Assembly (NCBI RefSeq): GCF_006345805.1
Contig: NC_043003.1
Location: forward strand, 33,480,001 to 33,544,000
DNA: 64,000 nucleotides
Source: Octopus sinensis
Taxonomy: Eukaryota
Direction of reading: 5' to 3'
Shown in pieces: positions 40,650 to 54,289 of this stretch (position 1 is its first letter; every line of letters starts with the position of its first letter). A program made the position numbers and the translations under genes. The notes below the pieces were generated by a model. That model did not search any database. It had not been told where the DNA came from and saw nothing but the letters and a program-made list of their open reading frames with translations.

Positions 40650-42290
40650 TCTTCTTCTTTGCATTATCATTTTCGGGTTTATGTTCGTACCACTTTTTTG
40701 CTCTGTCAAATACATACTTGTTGCAAAATGCCCAATCGATTGTCCTTGCTATATTGTATTGATGTCTCTTATATTCGTTCAGGGCTATTGACTAGTGATA
40801 TGCCATTTTGTCTACAAATTCTGCACTTATCACTTTCTGATGTGTTGTTTATTCTGTATTTGAGGTAATTAGTTCTTAATGCTTGCCCTTGGCAGCACAG
40901 ATCAGAGCCTCTGCTTCCGTTTTTAAATCACTTTTAGTCATCCACAGCCATCTTTCGTTTGTCTTATCTTCAACATCCATATGAAATTGTCCATGCATTT
41001 TTTCTTTATCCACCTATTTTCAGGTTCATTCATTCTCAAGTGTCTCTACAGTGCTTTATCTTTGCAATCTTCCATCTCACAGAAGCCTGACCTTCTTACT
41101 TCTAATAATAAAGGTTCTGTGACATTTTTTACATACAATGCTATGTTGTTTTCTTCTGCTCTAATGCTGTGTTCGCATCCAATAAGTTCTCCTTCCCCCT
41201 CTTCTTCTTGGTACATATAGTCTGTCTTTGTCACGTTTTGGGTGAATTATTCCATATCTAGATAACAATGTCTTTGTCTTTCTCTCTAAGCTGCTTCGTT
41301 CGTCTACTGTCAATGCGATTACAACTGGTCCATATCTAAGGAGTGAAACTGACCAGGTGTTGATAGCTTCAATCTTATTTCGTCCGTTTAACTTCGACTT
41401 TTTTAAGGTTGCAAATAATGTCGCTATCGTTCTCCTGCAGCCTTGCCTTTATTCTGTCGTAGATTACCTTTTGCCCATCTGTCATGTCACCATTAGTTTT
41501 ATTGTCTTCTTTCAAAACATCTATATGTTTCTCATCGAGCAAGCTATCACTGTTACTTTCCTATGGTTTATTAGAGATTTCACCTCTGTTTTCTGCCATG
41601 AGATTACTTCTGTCAGTAGAAACTGTATTTTCACTATGGTTTATTATAGATTTCACCTCTGGTTTTTGCTTTGAAATTACTTTTATTAGTAGGAACTGTA
41701 TTTTTATCGCTTCTTCTGCTGCTGTTTTCCAATAACCGTCTTTTGATAGCTTCATGCTCTACTTTTGTGAATCAACGATTTCTTATTGCTCTAGCTTGAT
41801 CACATAATATCTGTTCCGTGAGTTGAAACAATCCCTTTTCTCTTCATTAATCATACATACGTTGTCGGTATCCCCCTAATATGAACACCATTTTCGTCTT
41901 TAGGGTTGTTCAGGTAGTAACACTCCATGACCACAGCATTGACTTGTGTATTCCATCTATGCCGTGTGTGCTGGTCCCTTGCTGGTTACGACAGACTGAG
42001 CTTTCCGGGTGGAATTCTGTCATCATCAAGGGCTTCAGTATCATTACCACCGTTATTCACAATATTTTGCGTTTTTATTCTCTCTCATATGAGGTATCGA
42101 TTATCAGGTTGTGCAATTACCAGTGTTTTTATTGTGACACCATCACTAAATGTATCATCAATCTGGACATGAGGAGATTCCACCCGCTTCCTTTCATTAT
42201 GATTAGTATTATTTACTTTTTTTTTTACTATTTGTCATTTCTAATATTTCTCCTGCTCCGACATGAGTTTTCGCTGAATTCTTCTTCTTC
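40650..42290 (-). mobile_element. R4/Dong-clade non-LTR retrotransposon; RT core deleted; truncated before the endonuclease
   Basis: VVMECYYLNNP...TEQILCDQARAIRN (N-terminal), KSKLNGRNKIEAINTWSVSLLRYG and DRLYVPRRRGG (thumb region), CRIC zinc knuckle, DRAKKWYEHKPE; bounded by (CTT)n tracts. Confidence 0.85.
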
Positions 42291-42649
42291 TTCTTCTTCT
42301 TCTTCTTCTTCTTCTTCTTCTTCTTCTTCTTTTTCTTCTTCTTCTTCTTTTTCTTCTTCTTCTTTTTCTTTTTCTTTTTCTTTTTTCTTTTCTTCTTCTT
42401 TTTCTTCTTCTTCTTTTCTTCTTCTTCTTCTCTTCTTCTTTTTCTTTTTCTTCTTCTTTTTCTTCTTCTTCTTTTTCTTTTTCTTTTTCTTTTTCTTCTT
42501 CTTCTTCTTCTTCTTTTTCTTCTTTTTCTTTTTCTTTTTCTTTTCCTTTTCTTCTTCTTCTTCTTCTTCTTCTTCTTTTTCTTTTTCTTCTTCTTCTTCT
42601 TCTTCTTCTTCTTCTTTTTTTTCTTTTTCTTTTTCTTTTTCCTTTTCTT

Positions 42650-42682
<33 letters not shown>

Positions 42683-42700
42683 ATTATTATTATTATTATT
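42280..42700. repeat. (CTT/TTTTTC)n tract followed by (TAT)n
   Basis: Direct reading. Confidence 0.95.
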
Positions 42701-43295
42701 GAGTGAGAGAGAAGTGCATGCCATCAAAGTGACACTGGGGTAAAATATACGAAGCCCAGTATGTCCATCATGACTACCCGTCTGATAAGGGTACACCAGG
42801 CACATGGATCACAACTATATATGCGCGGCATGGTGATGTCATATCAAGATAAACAGCGCATGACCTTGCAGGTGGGGCCCAGTTAGAATTTTCTTCTGGT
42901 CGAGTAACCCATCTCACTCAAAAGGTCCCTGAATAAGGGTTGTTTAAGGATGTTGAACGAACCACCCATATTTCCAAAGGTAAATTCTCCAAACTTCAAA
43001 GAATTCCTTTCAACACACGGCTATGATGCTCCCCAACTATTTCTGCTCGTGGTCAGAAATGGACGTATCGCCAGCCACTAAGGGACATGGTCAACTGGTT
43101 AAGGTCAAACAACTGACAAGCAAATCTGTGGTATTGAGCAGAATATTTGCTGTAGCCCATCTTTTATACCGAGACAAAACAATATACATGATAACATTTC
43201 CAATCAGTTATGATCAGAAGCCATGAGAGCCACTGTCTGGTACTGCATCAGAGCATATTGAGCAGTAAATTTGCTGTAGTCCATCTTTTATGCTA

Positions 43296-43355
<60 letters not shown>

Positions 43356-43897
43356 GAGTGAAGGAGCAGTTCATGCCATCAAAGTGACACTGGGGTAAAA
43401 TATACGAAGCCCAATATACCCATCATGACTGACCGTCTGATAAGGGTACACCAGGCACATGCATCACAACCATATGTGCGCGACATGGTGATCTCATAAA
43501 AAGATAAACAGCACATGACCTTGCAGGTGGGGCCCAGTTAGAATTTTCTTCAGGTTGAGTAGCACATGCCGCTCAAAAGGTCTCTGAATAAGGGTTGTTT
43601 AAGGATGTTGAAAGAACCACCCATGTTTCCAGAGGTGAATTATTCAATCCCCAAAGAATCCCTCTCAACACATGGCTATGATGCTCCCCCACTACTTCTG
43701 CTAGTGATCGGAGATGCACACATCGTCAGCCACTAAGGGACATGCTCAACTGGTTAAAGCCAAATAACTGACAAGCAAATCTGTGGTATTGAGCAGAATA
43801 TTTGCTGTAACCCAAGACAAAACAATGTACATGATAACACTTCCAATCAGTTAAGATCAGAAGCCATGAGAGCCACTGTCTGGTACTGCATCAGGGC
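42700..43897 (-). mobile_element. Two head-to-tail family D copies (42700-43258, 43355-43897) separated by (TAT)n
   Basis: Both start GAGTGA(G/A)...CATGCCATCAAAGTGACACTGGGGTAAAATATACGAAGCCC and end CTGGTACTGCATCAG(A/G)GC on the + strand. Confidence 0.9.
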
Positions 43898-43922
43898 ATT
43901 ATTATTATTATTATTATTATTA

Positions 43923-43964
<42 letters not shown>

Positions 43965-46900
43965 CATCATCATCATTATTATCATTATTATTATTATTAT
44001 TATTATTATTACATTTTGTTTTTTATTAGTAAGATTTCTTCTGATTACTCGTGTCTTGTTATAAACTTTGAGAGAACTTTTAGTTGAAAATTCGTAGTCT
44101 TTTCTTACTAAATTGACTAGGAAATGATCGGGTACATTTTTTCAACGAGTCGGTGATATATCAGATCTAATTTACTTGTTATTCTTTCAAAAATATTCCT
44201 CAATATCTGAATAGTTTTCATATGACCACCATGTTGTCAGTCTGGGCAGGTATGTCAAGGATGATTACTGTGTTTGGTATATGGATATATTCATTCTCCT
44301 ATGTGCTCAAGTCGATCTATACACACAGAGCCCTGTAAAACATACGAAACCTTTTGCTGTGTTTGTGAACATACACGGGCATAGATAAAGGACTGAAATA
44401 ACGTACCTAAATGTTCAATCATCATTTAAAAAATGAATATTTCATTTTCGTATTTCTTTAAGTTCTTTTCTCAGTATTTAACTTCATAAGAAAAAAAAAT
44501 TATTTATGCTATGCCCTGAAGCAAGCAAACTCTTGACTTGATTGCCAGCTATTTTAAAAATCTTTAGAAGACAGTCGTATCAGGAAACCGCTGATATTCA
44601 TGAATTCAGTTTTAGTGCTACATATATTAGGCTTCGCAGCGAGCTGGCTTGAGAAGATCAAATTGGAGATATGGGAACATAGTCTATCGATTCCATCTAT
44701 CGTTGTTCAAGGTTAGATGGAATTTGCTGGACAGTGATATTGTGCTGAACGGCAGCGATATATTTTGGAGACTTCTGCATTGCAATAGAGAACAAAGACT
44801 ATATTGATGTTGTTGGCAGAGACACAATATGAAATTGATGACATACAAAGCTAATGGAGTATAGAGATTGCTGGCGCGGTGTTGTGGAATACATCTTAGT
44901 TGCAGCCGCTTCAAGAAAAAAATGTTCTACATCAGTGGAGTTAATTACCATTTCCTAATTTATTGTCTCATTCTATGGTGAAGGAATTTTTACATGGTAT
45001 CTGATTATATTAATCAATTTCCTTATGCTTATTACTACGTATTCATCTGATCTCATTGTTGCTTTCTTATAGTGTTCTACTTCTATGGAGTCTCATCCCC
45101 GTATGTATGACTGGTGGTTATTCTTTCTATATCAGCTTTTGAAAAGCAACTTCGAAACTGATAGTTTTTTTCTCTTGGCATTTCTGTCTAAATTCTTCAG
45201 TTAGTTTAAGTTCCAGCTTCGCGCATGTAGATGTAAGCTAGAATTTGTATGTGTGTGTGTGTGTGTGTGTGTATTGTGCTTTCGTATATCTACCCATCTA
45301 TCCATTTATCTATCCATCCATCCATCCATACATACATACATACATACATACATACATACATACATACATACATACATACATACATGAGCACACGTGTGCA
45401 CGCGTGCATGTGCGTAAGTGTGCTGCGACTTAGATATGTGGGATATAAAGAGTTTAATTGCGGTGATATATTCAGTTTGCTTTATGTAATGTTACACTCA
45501 TTTATTCCTAATATATATCTTCTTGTTCTCCATCATTAATTCTTAGATCGTTATCTATGTTGATATTATTTGCTCTTGGTAATGTTCCATTAATTGGAGT
45601 AGCTTTGTCACACTTCTAAAGTCCAACGTTCATGAAGATGTATCTACTGTAACGTCAGACTGTTTGATGTAGACGTTCTAGTTAGTTGCCTTACATTTCA
45701 AACAATTTCAAGACATCGATATACAAAATATTATTTATTAGTTGTGTATTGAAAATGTATTTGCATGCAGAGTGGTTCAGTAAATTCGTTAGAATGTCTC
45801 TTCTGAACAAAAATATAGACGAAGCATTGGGTTTCAGTGGAAAAGTTATTTCCCTGCCCGTTGATTTTCGTTTTCCTACACTCAGAGTAAAATTATGTGT
45901 GTTTATATGTTTTTCGGTATGCTAAAACCTTAAATCTTATTGCTTCTCTTTTACTGAGCCGAGGCTCTCTGACACTAGTGTGATCGATACGGTATTCACT
46001 GAATCTGCCAGGAAAAAGTGAGCGGAGACAGAATTACGCAATGTTGGCATTCTGGTGAGGAGAACGCAGCAAAGTGGTTAGATCGGTCCCCGGGTACGAG
46101 AGATGACGTGTATATGATATACTAACAGCCGCTTCGTATTTGCACACTTTCCAATATCCAGCAGTTTTTTCTATAAAGTGCATGAGTTTTTATCATAACG
46201 TATATTTTCAGCATTTGTAACAATCACATTGCAGGTAAAAACACACTGATTTGAAAGTATTTGAAGGTAGATGCATTGCTCTATGGCCGAGCTAGCAAGT
46301 GACAACTCCAAACATTCGTGCATTAGGTTTCATCAGCGAAGGTATGTCAGCTATGTTAAACTTAAAACAATAAAGCACGGAGACGGAGATTGATTATTCA
46401 GAGATGCCATCTGCATGATGAGCATTTAGATACGTTACTGTTAACATGCTTAATGCAACGAACTAAAATATAAAAAAAGAACAAGAAAAAGCATTTTAAA
46501 TATTTACGCGCAAAAAAGACATTAGCACAATGATTAATGTTATTTCAATCCTGGACATGCTTTGGTTATATTATACCTCATCAGTGAAGCATAGACTTCA
46601 TCGCACTTGCTGAAGTCTTGCTTAGAGTATCACAAATTATATCTTACTATGCTCGCTTCCAATGGAGCTTTTTAAAAGAATTTTTAAAAATGTCTTTTTA
46701 TCATATTTCTCCGGACATTTCGGCTCTATTAGTCAAAGTTATATTTGCGGAAGCATTCTGTATGGAAATGGAAAAGAAATAGATATATATGTTATATGTC
46801 ACTGAGAGAAAATTGAATGGAATCATACTCACTGAATATGTGAGTTTAAATTTGAAGAAATAAGAATTTCACTGGTTTAGAATAACTTGCTTGGGATTAT

Positions 46901-47284
46901 TTTTATCGTTCCAGTAGATATTTCTGAAAGATTTTCGATACGATATATTCTAAGATATTTGCCACTGGCAAATTATTTTCCTGGGAAGGGTAAAAACAAA
47001 CATCGTGGTAATAATTAAAAGAATGAAGAGATATAACCTGCAGATTTTGTAGAAACTATTGTGTAATCCAACATTATTATTGTGATAGCTATCATTTCTC
47101 AATATGACTTTTAAATATTTCAATATTTCTAGTTCCCTTTAAAATGCATTTATATATTTATATATAACAATTAAAATTAAGGATAAAATCTATCATAGAA
47201 TTTTATCAAGTAGCTAGCATGTAAAAGCCAATTAAGGTAAAAATTAATAAAAAGTACATAATTTTATAAATATAATTATAAAAT

Positions 47285-47698
47285 TATAATAAGTGCAATT
47301 ACGAGGTAATGTCACATGCTAGAAGAAGACGCCCAATGGCTCTAAACTACTTTTTCTATCACATAAACTCGCGCTGAAAGCGTAGGGATGAACAAAAAAG
47401 ATTTTTTGAAAAAGATTTCAGGTTTAATGATGTAATACACTCTACCATCATCAGTATGACATAACATAACTAAAAGTACATAATTATAAACATTTATACA
47501 TACCCTATATAAATAACGTATCCATAGTGCATATACAAATGTTCACACTTATATAGAAGTTAAAAATCTAGTTCGTTCACCTCAGCTACGTGTGTATAAC
47601 CAAAATGGCTTAGCGAGTGTTTATGTGATAAAGTAGTTTAGAGCCATTTCGCGTCTTCTTCTAGCATGTGGTATTACCTTGTAATTGGTCTTATTATA
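47285..47698. mobile_element. MITE with ~90-bp TIRs
   Basis: CACATGCTAGAAGAAGACGC...GGCTCTAAACTACTTT mirrored at 47609-47698. Confidence 0.85.
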
Positions 47699-47749
47699 GT
47701 TATATAAGTATATTTTCCAAAATTACATACGTTGTATATATATGTATAT

Positions 47750-47804
<55 letters not shown>

Positions 47805-47822
47805 AGAGGGAAAGAGTAAGAA

Positions 47823-47875
<53 letters not shown>

Positions 47876-48917
47876 CAGATATATGTAAGAGTGATATAAA
47901 TGTATTCTTATACACCTTTAAATTTTAATTCACCATATCAGTATTATGACTTTTGTCGAATGTTAATTTTATTCTCCGCAAATACGTTGTCAGCATCTGA
48001 GTGAATGAATTCTTTCACTATTTTGTTATTCGATTTGATTTATTTAAAAAATCACTTTTAGTACGCTATTGTGGTCGGCAATATGTTGTCGAAACAATTT
48101 GCTTAATATAATTTGGTTGACGTTATCCATTGATTTAGACACCTTTCTTGAATCGTCGAATTTCTTCCCAAATGTTGGCCATCAGTATTTTATTTATCCG
48201 TGGTGAACCTATTGTCTCATATCGTCTTTGATATTCTGTGTATATTCCACCGGTTATTTGGGTTACCATCATACTATAACTGATTCGTATTGCTGTTGTT
48301 ATGGTTGCTATGGTTGTTGCTCTTGTTGCTACAATTTCTCGTAGACCCAGATCAGCTCTACTCAACCAGTCATTTGGCACTTGTATTATTGGCAGAATAG
48401 TTAGGTGCAAACCGCAGATTTATTTTAACTGAGAAGCATACTAAATGCTCTGATATGTTGTTAAATGATATGGGTTGCTATGTCATAGTTTGGACATATA
48501 ACCTTTTCCATTTCGAAATCTAGACGTGTGCATTGAAAATTTGAGTTACTTGCAAAGGATCAGTCTACTCGCCTGAAGTGTTTGAAGTGTCTCTCACCAT
48601 AGAAGATTCCTTGTATGTCTGACCTCGAAATCATAACAACACGTCTTGAATAGTGACGTCGCTTTATAGCCAGCATACAATACTTTGAAGAACTGCGTTG
48701 TCCCATCGATTTCTTGTCAGATTATTTGTTGTATGATGAATATTTTTGTTGAGCAGCAGATGTTACATTTCGAAGTCCACCGGATATTTCGCTGTTTTTA
48801 TGCGGCTAAGCTGATTGACCGAATTACAGAAAAACTACGAAATTGCCTTCTGTGTATTCAGTGTTGATGTATTATTGACATCTGGTAACTACGGCTATAA
48901 AATCTCTGTCTTTTTAT

Positions 48918-49021
48918 CTGAGTAATCTATTCAGGAAGAAGCCGGTATGAAAGGGATGCATGTATGCCCTGAGTAATCTATTCAGGAGGAAGCCAGTATG
49001 AAAGAGATGTATGTATGCCTT
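48918..49021. repeat. 51-bp direct tandem duplication
   Basis: CTGAGTAATCTATTCAGGA(A/G)GAAGCC(G/A)GTATGAAAG(G/A)GATG(C/T)ATGTATGCC present twice. Confidence 0.9.
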
Positions 49022-51384
49022 GATGAAAACAGAACACAGTCCAGCCTAAGTTCAATGGACCAATTAAAGGAAAATCTAGATGTTTGAGGCAGCATTCCAT
49101 ACATTGATGAAGCAAATCCTTCACGAGAGTTGATATCATATGAAGATCGAATTGAAAGCAGAATTGCACTGAAACAAAAACAAACAAAACTTTTGTTTAC
49201 GGAAACAAAAATCTTTTATTTAATGTGGAGTGACTAGTGGCAACAAATAGGGAACTGCTCATTACAAGTGTCATTTGTCTTTTGCTAGCCATACTTTGTC
49301 CGTCGGACGCGTATTGTAATTGACACACAAAACAGATTTTCACATACATGCATTGTATTTAACAGAGATATTGCATTTTTACAGATAAAACATTTAACGC
49401 AGGTATTGCCTTTTACATTTAAATTTTCTTTATCTGGCATACTAACTTTAACACAAATATTGTGTTGAACACATATTTTGCTATTAAAACAGTTATTAGC
49501 ATTAATAAAAATGATGATCTTACATCAGAAAAGAATGACTAAAATAAATACACATAAACGTCTATTGCTTGTATAACGACTTGTAAAATGTATGGTAGCA
49601 TAGCCAGCATAATGCATAAAAAAATTCAGTTAATTAGGAAAAAATATTTAGAGAAGTGAAAGAAATTGACGTCTTAAGAAGGAGGCCTGGTCAAGTAATG
49701 TAGGCGATTTCGTAGGTAACGGAAATAGTAAAATTTAATAAAGTGACTAAATACAATTTTGTTGACAGTAGGTGGGGACAACTAAGGGCATGTTTTACTC
49801 TAACTGGAACTCAACGAAGCATGTGTAGCTGTTATATCTTAATGAAACAAATATTTCTCTTTAACATACAACACACATTTTAAAATAAGTACATTGTTTG
49901 ATGACATAAAGATAATGTAACACATATCGCGTTAAACATTAATTCGTGTACTGCTATAAGGATTCATGCTGCTATTGAAAGAAAGGTAGTTAAAATAGCG
50001 TTCGCGAAATGTGTTTTTACTGGGTAATCTAATGTTGAAAATTTGAAAAGATAATAACAACTATAATGTGTTTTTTAGAATAAATATTATTCTTAGTTAG
50101 CTTCAAGTCAGAATAGATCGTGTAGACCTATGATGAAAGGCGTTCCATCTATACCACCCCGTCTTTCAATTATTTTGCTGCGCATGTACATGATGCACAG
50201 AAGCAAAAATTAATGAAGTGTTTGGAAATGAAACGGTGAGAGCGGACAAGCAGCAATCAGCTGAAAATTTCGGAGAAGTTATTTCGCAAAAGTGCAAATT
50301 TCCACTACAACCGAAAGTCGACTTAGGTATAAAAGACTTAGAATCTGCGTTCACGCAGAAAGAGTTTCATTTCAGTTATTGATACAAATATTGAGTAATT
50401 TCCAGATGTCTAATATTATATGAATAACTGAAAATCGACATACCGCACATACATGCAATAGCAAACTTTTTTGGAAACATACATGGTGTGTTGGGGTATA
50501 GTAGTGCAGGTGTGGTGTGGTAATGGAAGTGTGACGTGTTAGGGTGTAACATCTCATCCTATTGGGGGGCTGGTAATTTTCATGAGTGTAGTAGTATTAA
50601 TTGCTCGCTATTTCCAACTCGCTAAATTAATTTTGTTCTGAAAAATCTTGGGTGAGGTGGATGGGATATTGAGGTGTTGGTGAAATGGTGATGGAATGCT
50701 GTAATTCAAAATGTCTGTGAGTGTGGAGGAAAGAGTGTACATAGAGGTGCAACTCATCAGGAAAAGGAAATGTGACAGAAAGGAATATATAATTAGAATG
50801 AAAACAAGAAACAAATTGATAAATATAAAATTATTTAAATCGATTATTTCTTCGCATGAATGCTATTTAAGGCGTGGCAGTATACAAATGAAATGCTTTG
50901 GACTAGAAGGGAATTTCAGAGAAGCAGATAGGAATAAGATAACGGACAATGAAAAGATGCCGCTGGTAAAGTGAAGAAAATTATGAAAATAATGAACACA
51001 ATTGAATAAATGAAACGGGAGAAATTTAAAGAGGTAAGGAGAGGTTATCTCGATGGAAACCGTCTGGTAGACAATAAAAGTGTTAGTAAATCTAATATCA
51101 AAAATTGAAATTTCATTGAAAAACAGAAAAGTAAAACAATTAATAGACAGACAAAAGTACAATATTTTGTTTGCTGGATTTAAATAATTAGAAGTTTTCG
51201 ATTTGGTGATTTTTAAACAAATGTAAACATGTGTTAATATTTAGTCTTGATATTTCAGTGCTAGATTATTTAACACTAATATGATTTGGTGCACCATGTC
51301 ATATATCTTCAGTTCACATACAATTTGCAATAATCATGTCGTAAATCAGTGAAAGACATATCGTTCCAAGAGTCTCGGTTTAAT

Positions 51385-51622
51385 TTTCTTATTTCTTTAC
51401 TGACCACAAGAAGCTACACATAGAGAGGACAAACAAGCACAGACAAACGGATTAAGTCGATTATATCGACCCCAGTGTGTAACTGGTACTTCTTTAATCG
51501 ACCCCGAAAGGATGAAAGACAAAGTTGACCTTGGCGGAATTTGAACTCAGAACATAGCGGCAGACGAAATACCGCTAAGCATTTCGCCCGGCGTGCCAAC
51601 GTTTCTGCCAGCTCGCCGCCTT
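51385..51622 (-). mobile_element. SINE family A, full length
   Basis: Ends CTGCCAGCTCGCCGCC on the + strand. Confidence 0.9.
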
Positions 51623-53988
51623 CTCTCAGTTTGATTTTCTGTGTAAATTGTGCTTATGGGCGTTTTAGAATGTTTTTGGTCAGTGCAAACGATAAACTAG
51701 CACTATTCTAAGAGTGGGTATCACTCGGTTAATGTTATTGGCATATTGCAAATAAACATATGTAATAGAATCCACTTTGTTTGTGAAATAAAAGTTTATA
51801 TTACCAAAACAAGCCCCATAAGCATGATTTTATTTGCTGTGAAAGAGCATTTTTTAATCTCTTAGATGTATCTAACAAATTAGTATTGCTATAATGTAAA
51901 TCGTGAGGAGCTCTAGATAAAAAGGATGTAAAGAAAATTTTTGCCCTACTTTTGTTTCTCAATAATATATTCCCATTACTTCCTCCGCTTTCCTGAACCC
52001 TTTTATGAAAATCAAAATTCATGTGGATGAAATTCAGTTTCCTTGAACAAAGAAGGACAGCGTAATGATAAATCTTCAAAGAATGGTATTTTGTATTGAA
52101 AAAAAAAACTTTCAAAAAATGTATACAAGCTCATGCATAACTGAATGAAGTAATGTTGCCTTCACAGCCGCGTGGTTCGAGGAATAATTTCACGGAGTAA
52201 TTTTCTTCTAATATAACCTCAGATAAACTAACGCATTGAAATTTGGTTGACATGATTTTAAATGAAAAGCTAGCATGCATTCTTTATGCCTTCATGTAAG
52301 TTATATTATGCACTTTGCTATCTTGAAAATAATATATTGAAGGCATTTGGATAAGAAAGTAGATAAAATATAACAAACGATAAAACTGAGAAAGAGAGAG
52401 AGAGAAAGAGAGATAGAGAGGTAGGGAGAAGAAAGAGAGAGAGAGAGGACAGAGAGAGAGGAGAGAAAGTGATAGGTAGGGAGAGATTATTAAACTTTGG
52501 CAAGTTAAAAATTATTGACGATTATTAAATGAATAAGTTACAAGATTTATAATGGAAATATGTAGAATATGTTTTATTACAGAATATTTTATTTTAAGGT
52601 AAATATATGGTTTGAAGTCCATAACAGATATTCTACAAAACACCTTAGGTATTATAAGCTTTCGAGACATTGAGGAATCTTGTATAGAGAAATACCTCTC
52701 CTATATCCCGCATAACATCTGCAAAACGCTCTTAGCTAAGCAAAGAAATATTTTATCATATTATTCCAACTATACAAACTTCGTCTTCCTATAGCCTGAA
52801 GACCAGCTTGGAAACTTGGTCGGTTTTTTTATGGTCTCAACTCTAATGTCTCTCAATCTCCCAGTAGCAATTTCGGTGTTTCTTCTCGTCTGATAAGAAA
52901 CGACATAACTTTCGCACATGCGTCAAAGAATGTTCTCAATTCTCTGACTACACTTTTCAAACTTTTCTCAGATACATTTCCAAAATTACCTGCTTAGCAG
53001 AATTTAGGATCATTCGATATGTAGCTGACTGAGTTTATATATAATAGTTTTCTCCAGTCATCTAATTTCAGAATTTACTCTTTATGACAAATAAAATGGG
53101 GCATTTAACTAATTAAAAAAATGACGTCAACAAATCTCTTTGTAATAATGTTACTGGTTCTAATTATGGTACATGGTCAACAATTTTCAGTTTATATAAA
53201 TCAGTGCTACTTATTTATATAAACCATAGAAAGGCAATAAACAAGGTAAGGTCGAAGTCCAAGAGATTTGAACTCAGAACATAAATAGCTAGAACGAATG
53301 GCCCAAGATGCTTCTCCAGTGCTGTAACCACTCTGCCAACTACAACTTTCATATTTAACTCTACAATAGGAAATCTTATAAAACGATTTCTAGTCAGAAA
53401 CAAAAAACTTGTATTTTACATAATTGAAAAGGATTTCTTCGGTTGGAAAAATGTTGAGAAGATTTTATGTTAAATTTATCTGATACATTTCTAACAAATA
53501 ATTTTAATCAATATAAATAATAATATCTCTTTTTAAAGTTATCTCGACCAATTTTCTATAGAAATTAGAACCAGCGCTGCAAGTTACAACAATTCTTTTT
53601 TTCGAATATGTCTTATGTAAACAATGCTACTGAAGATAGGAGAATAAGTAATGGGGACATAGTTCAGGATTTCGTGCTCCTTCTCTAAGAACCACATGCA
53701 ACTCATTAATTAGCCACGAACACTAATATATCACTAATTATATGTGAGGAAAGAAATATGTTTATTCTTAAAAAATTATTTTTGTTTCAGTCATTTGACT
53801 GCAGCCATGCTAGAGCACCGCCTTTAGTCGAACAAATCAACCCTAGGACTTATTCTTTGTAAGCCTGGTACTTATTCGATCGGTTTCTTTTTGCCGACCG
53901 CTAAGTTACGAGGACGTGAACACATCAGCATCGATTGTCAAGCGATGGTGGGGTGGCCAAACACAGACACAGACACACACACACACAC

Positions 53989-54030
<42 letters not shown>

Positions 54031-54289
54031 CGACAGGCTTCTTTCAGTTTCCCTCTACCAAATCCACTCACAAGGCGTTGGTCGGCCCGAGGCTATAGTT
54101 GAAGACACTTGCCAAAGGTTCCCCGCAGTGGGACTGAACCCGGAAGCATGTGGTTGGTAAGCACACACATACACGCACACAAACAAACACACACACCGCC
54201 AAAGCAGAGTCTGTGAATCAAAATCTAAATTATTAATGACTACAACAATAATACTTGCTACAAATGTTGGCACAAGATCAACAATTTTA

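Noticed and set aside
42700-43897. Possible HDV-like or hammerhead ribozyme in family D (CTGAAGA, AGCA/TGCT hairpin)
   Set aside because: No GAAA follows the core-like motif, and a nested double pseudoknot could not be assembled
46271-46341. Plus-strand first-exon candidate MAELASDNSKHSCIRFHQR with GTATGT donor
   Set aside because: Plausible but unsupported; no compatible downstream exon recognised
50190-50300. KINEVFGNETVR, resembling a mariner helix-turn-helix segment
   Set aside because: Match is too short, with no TIRs or further transposase motifs
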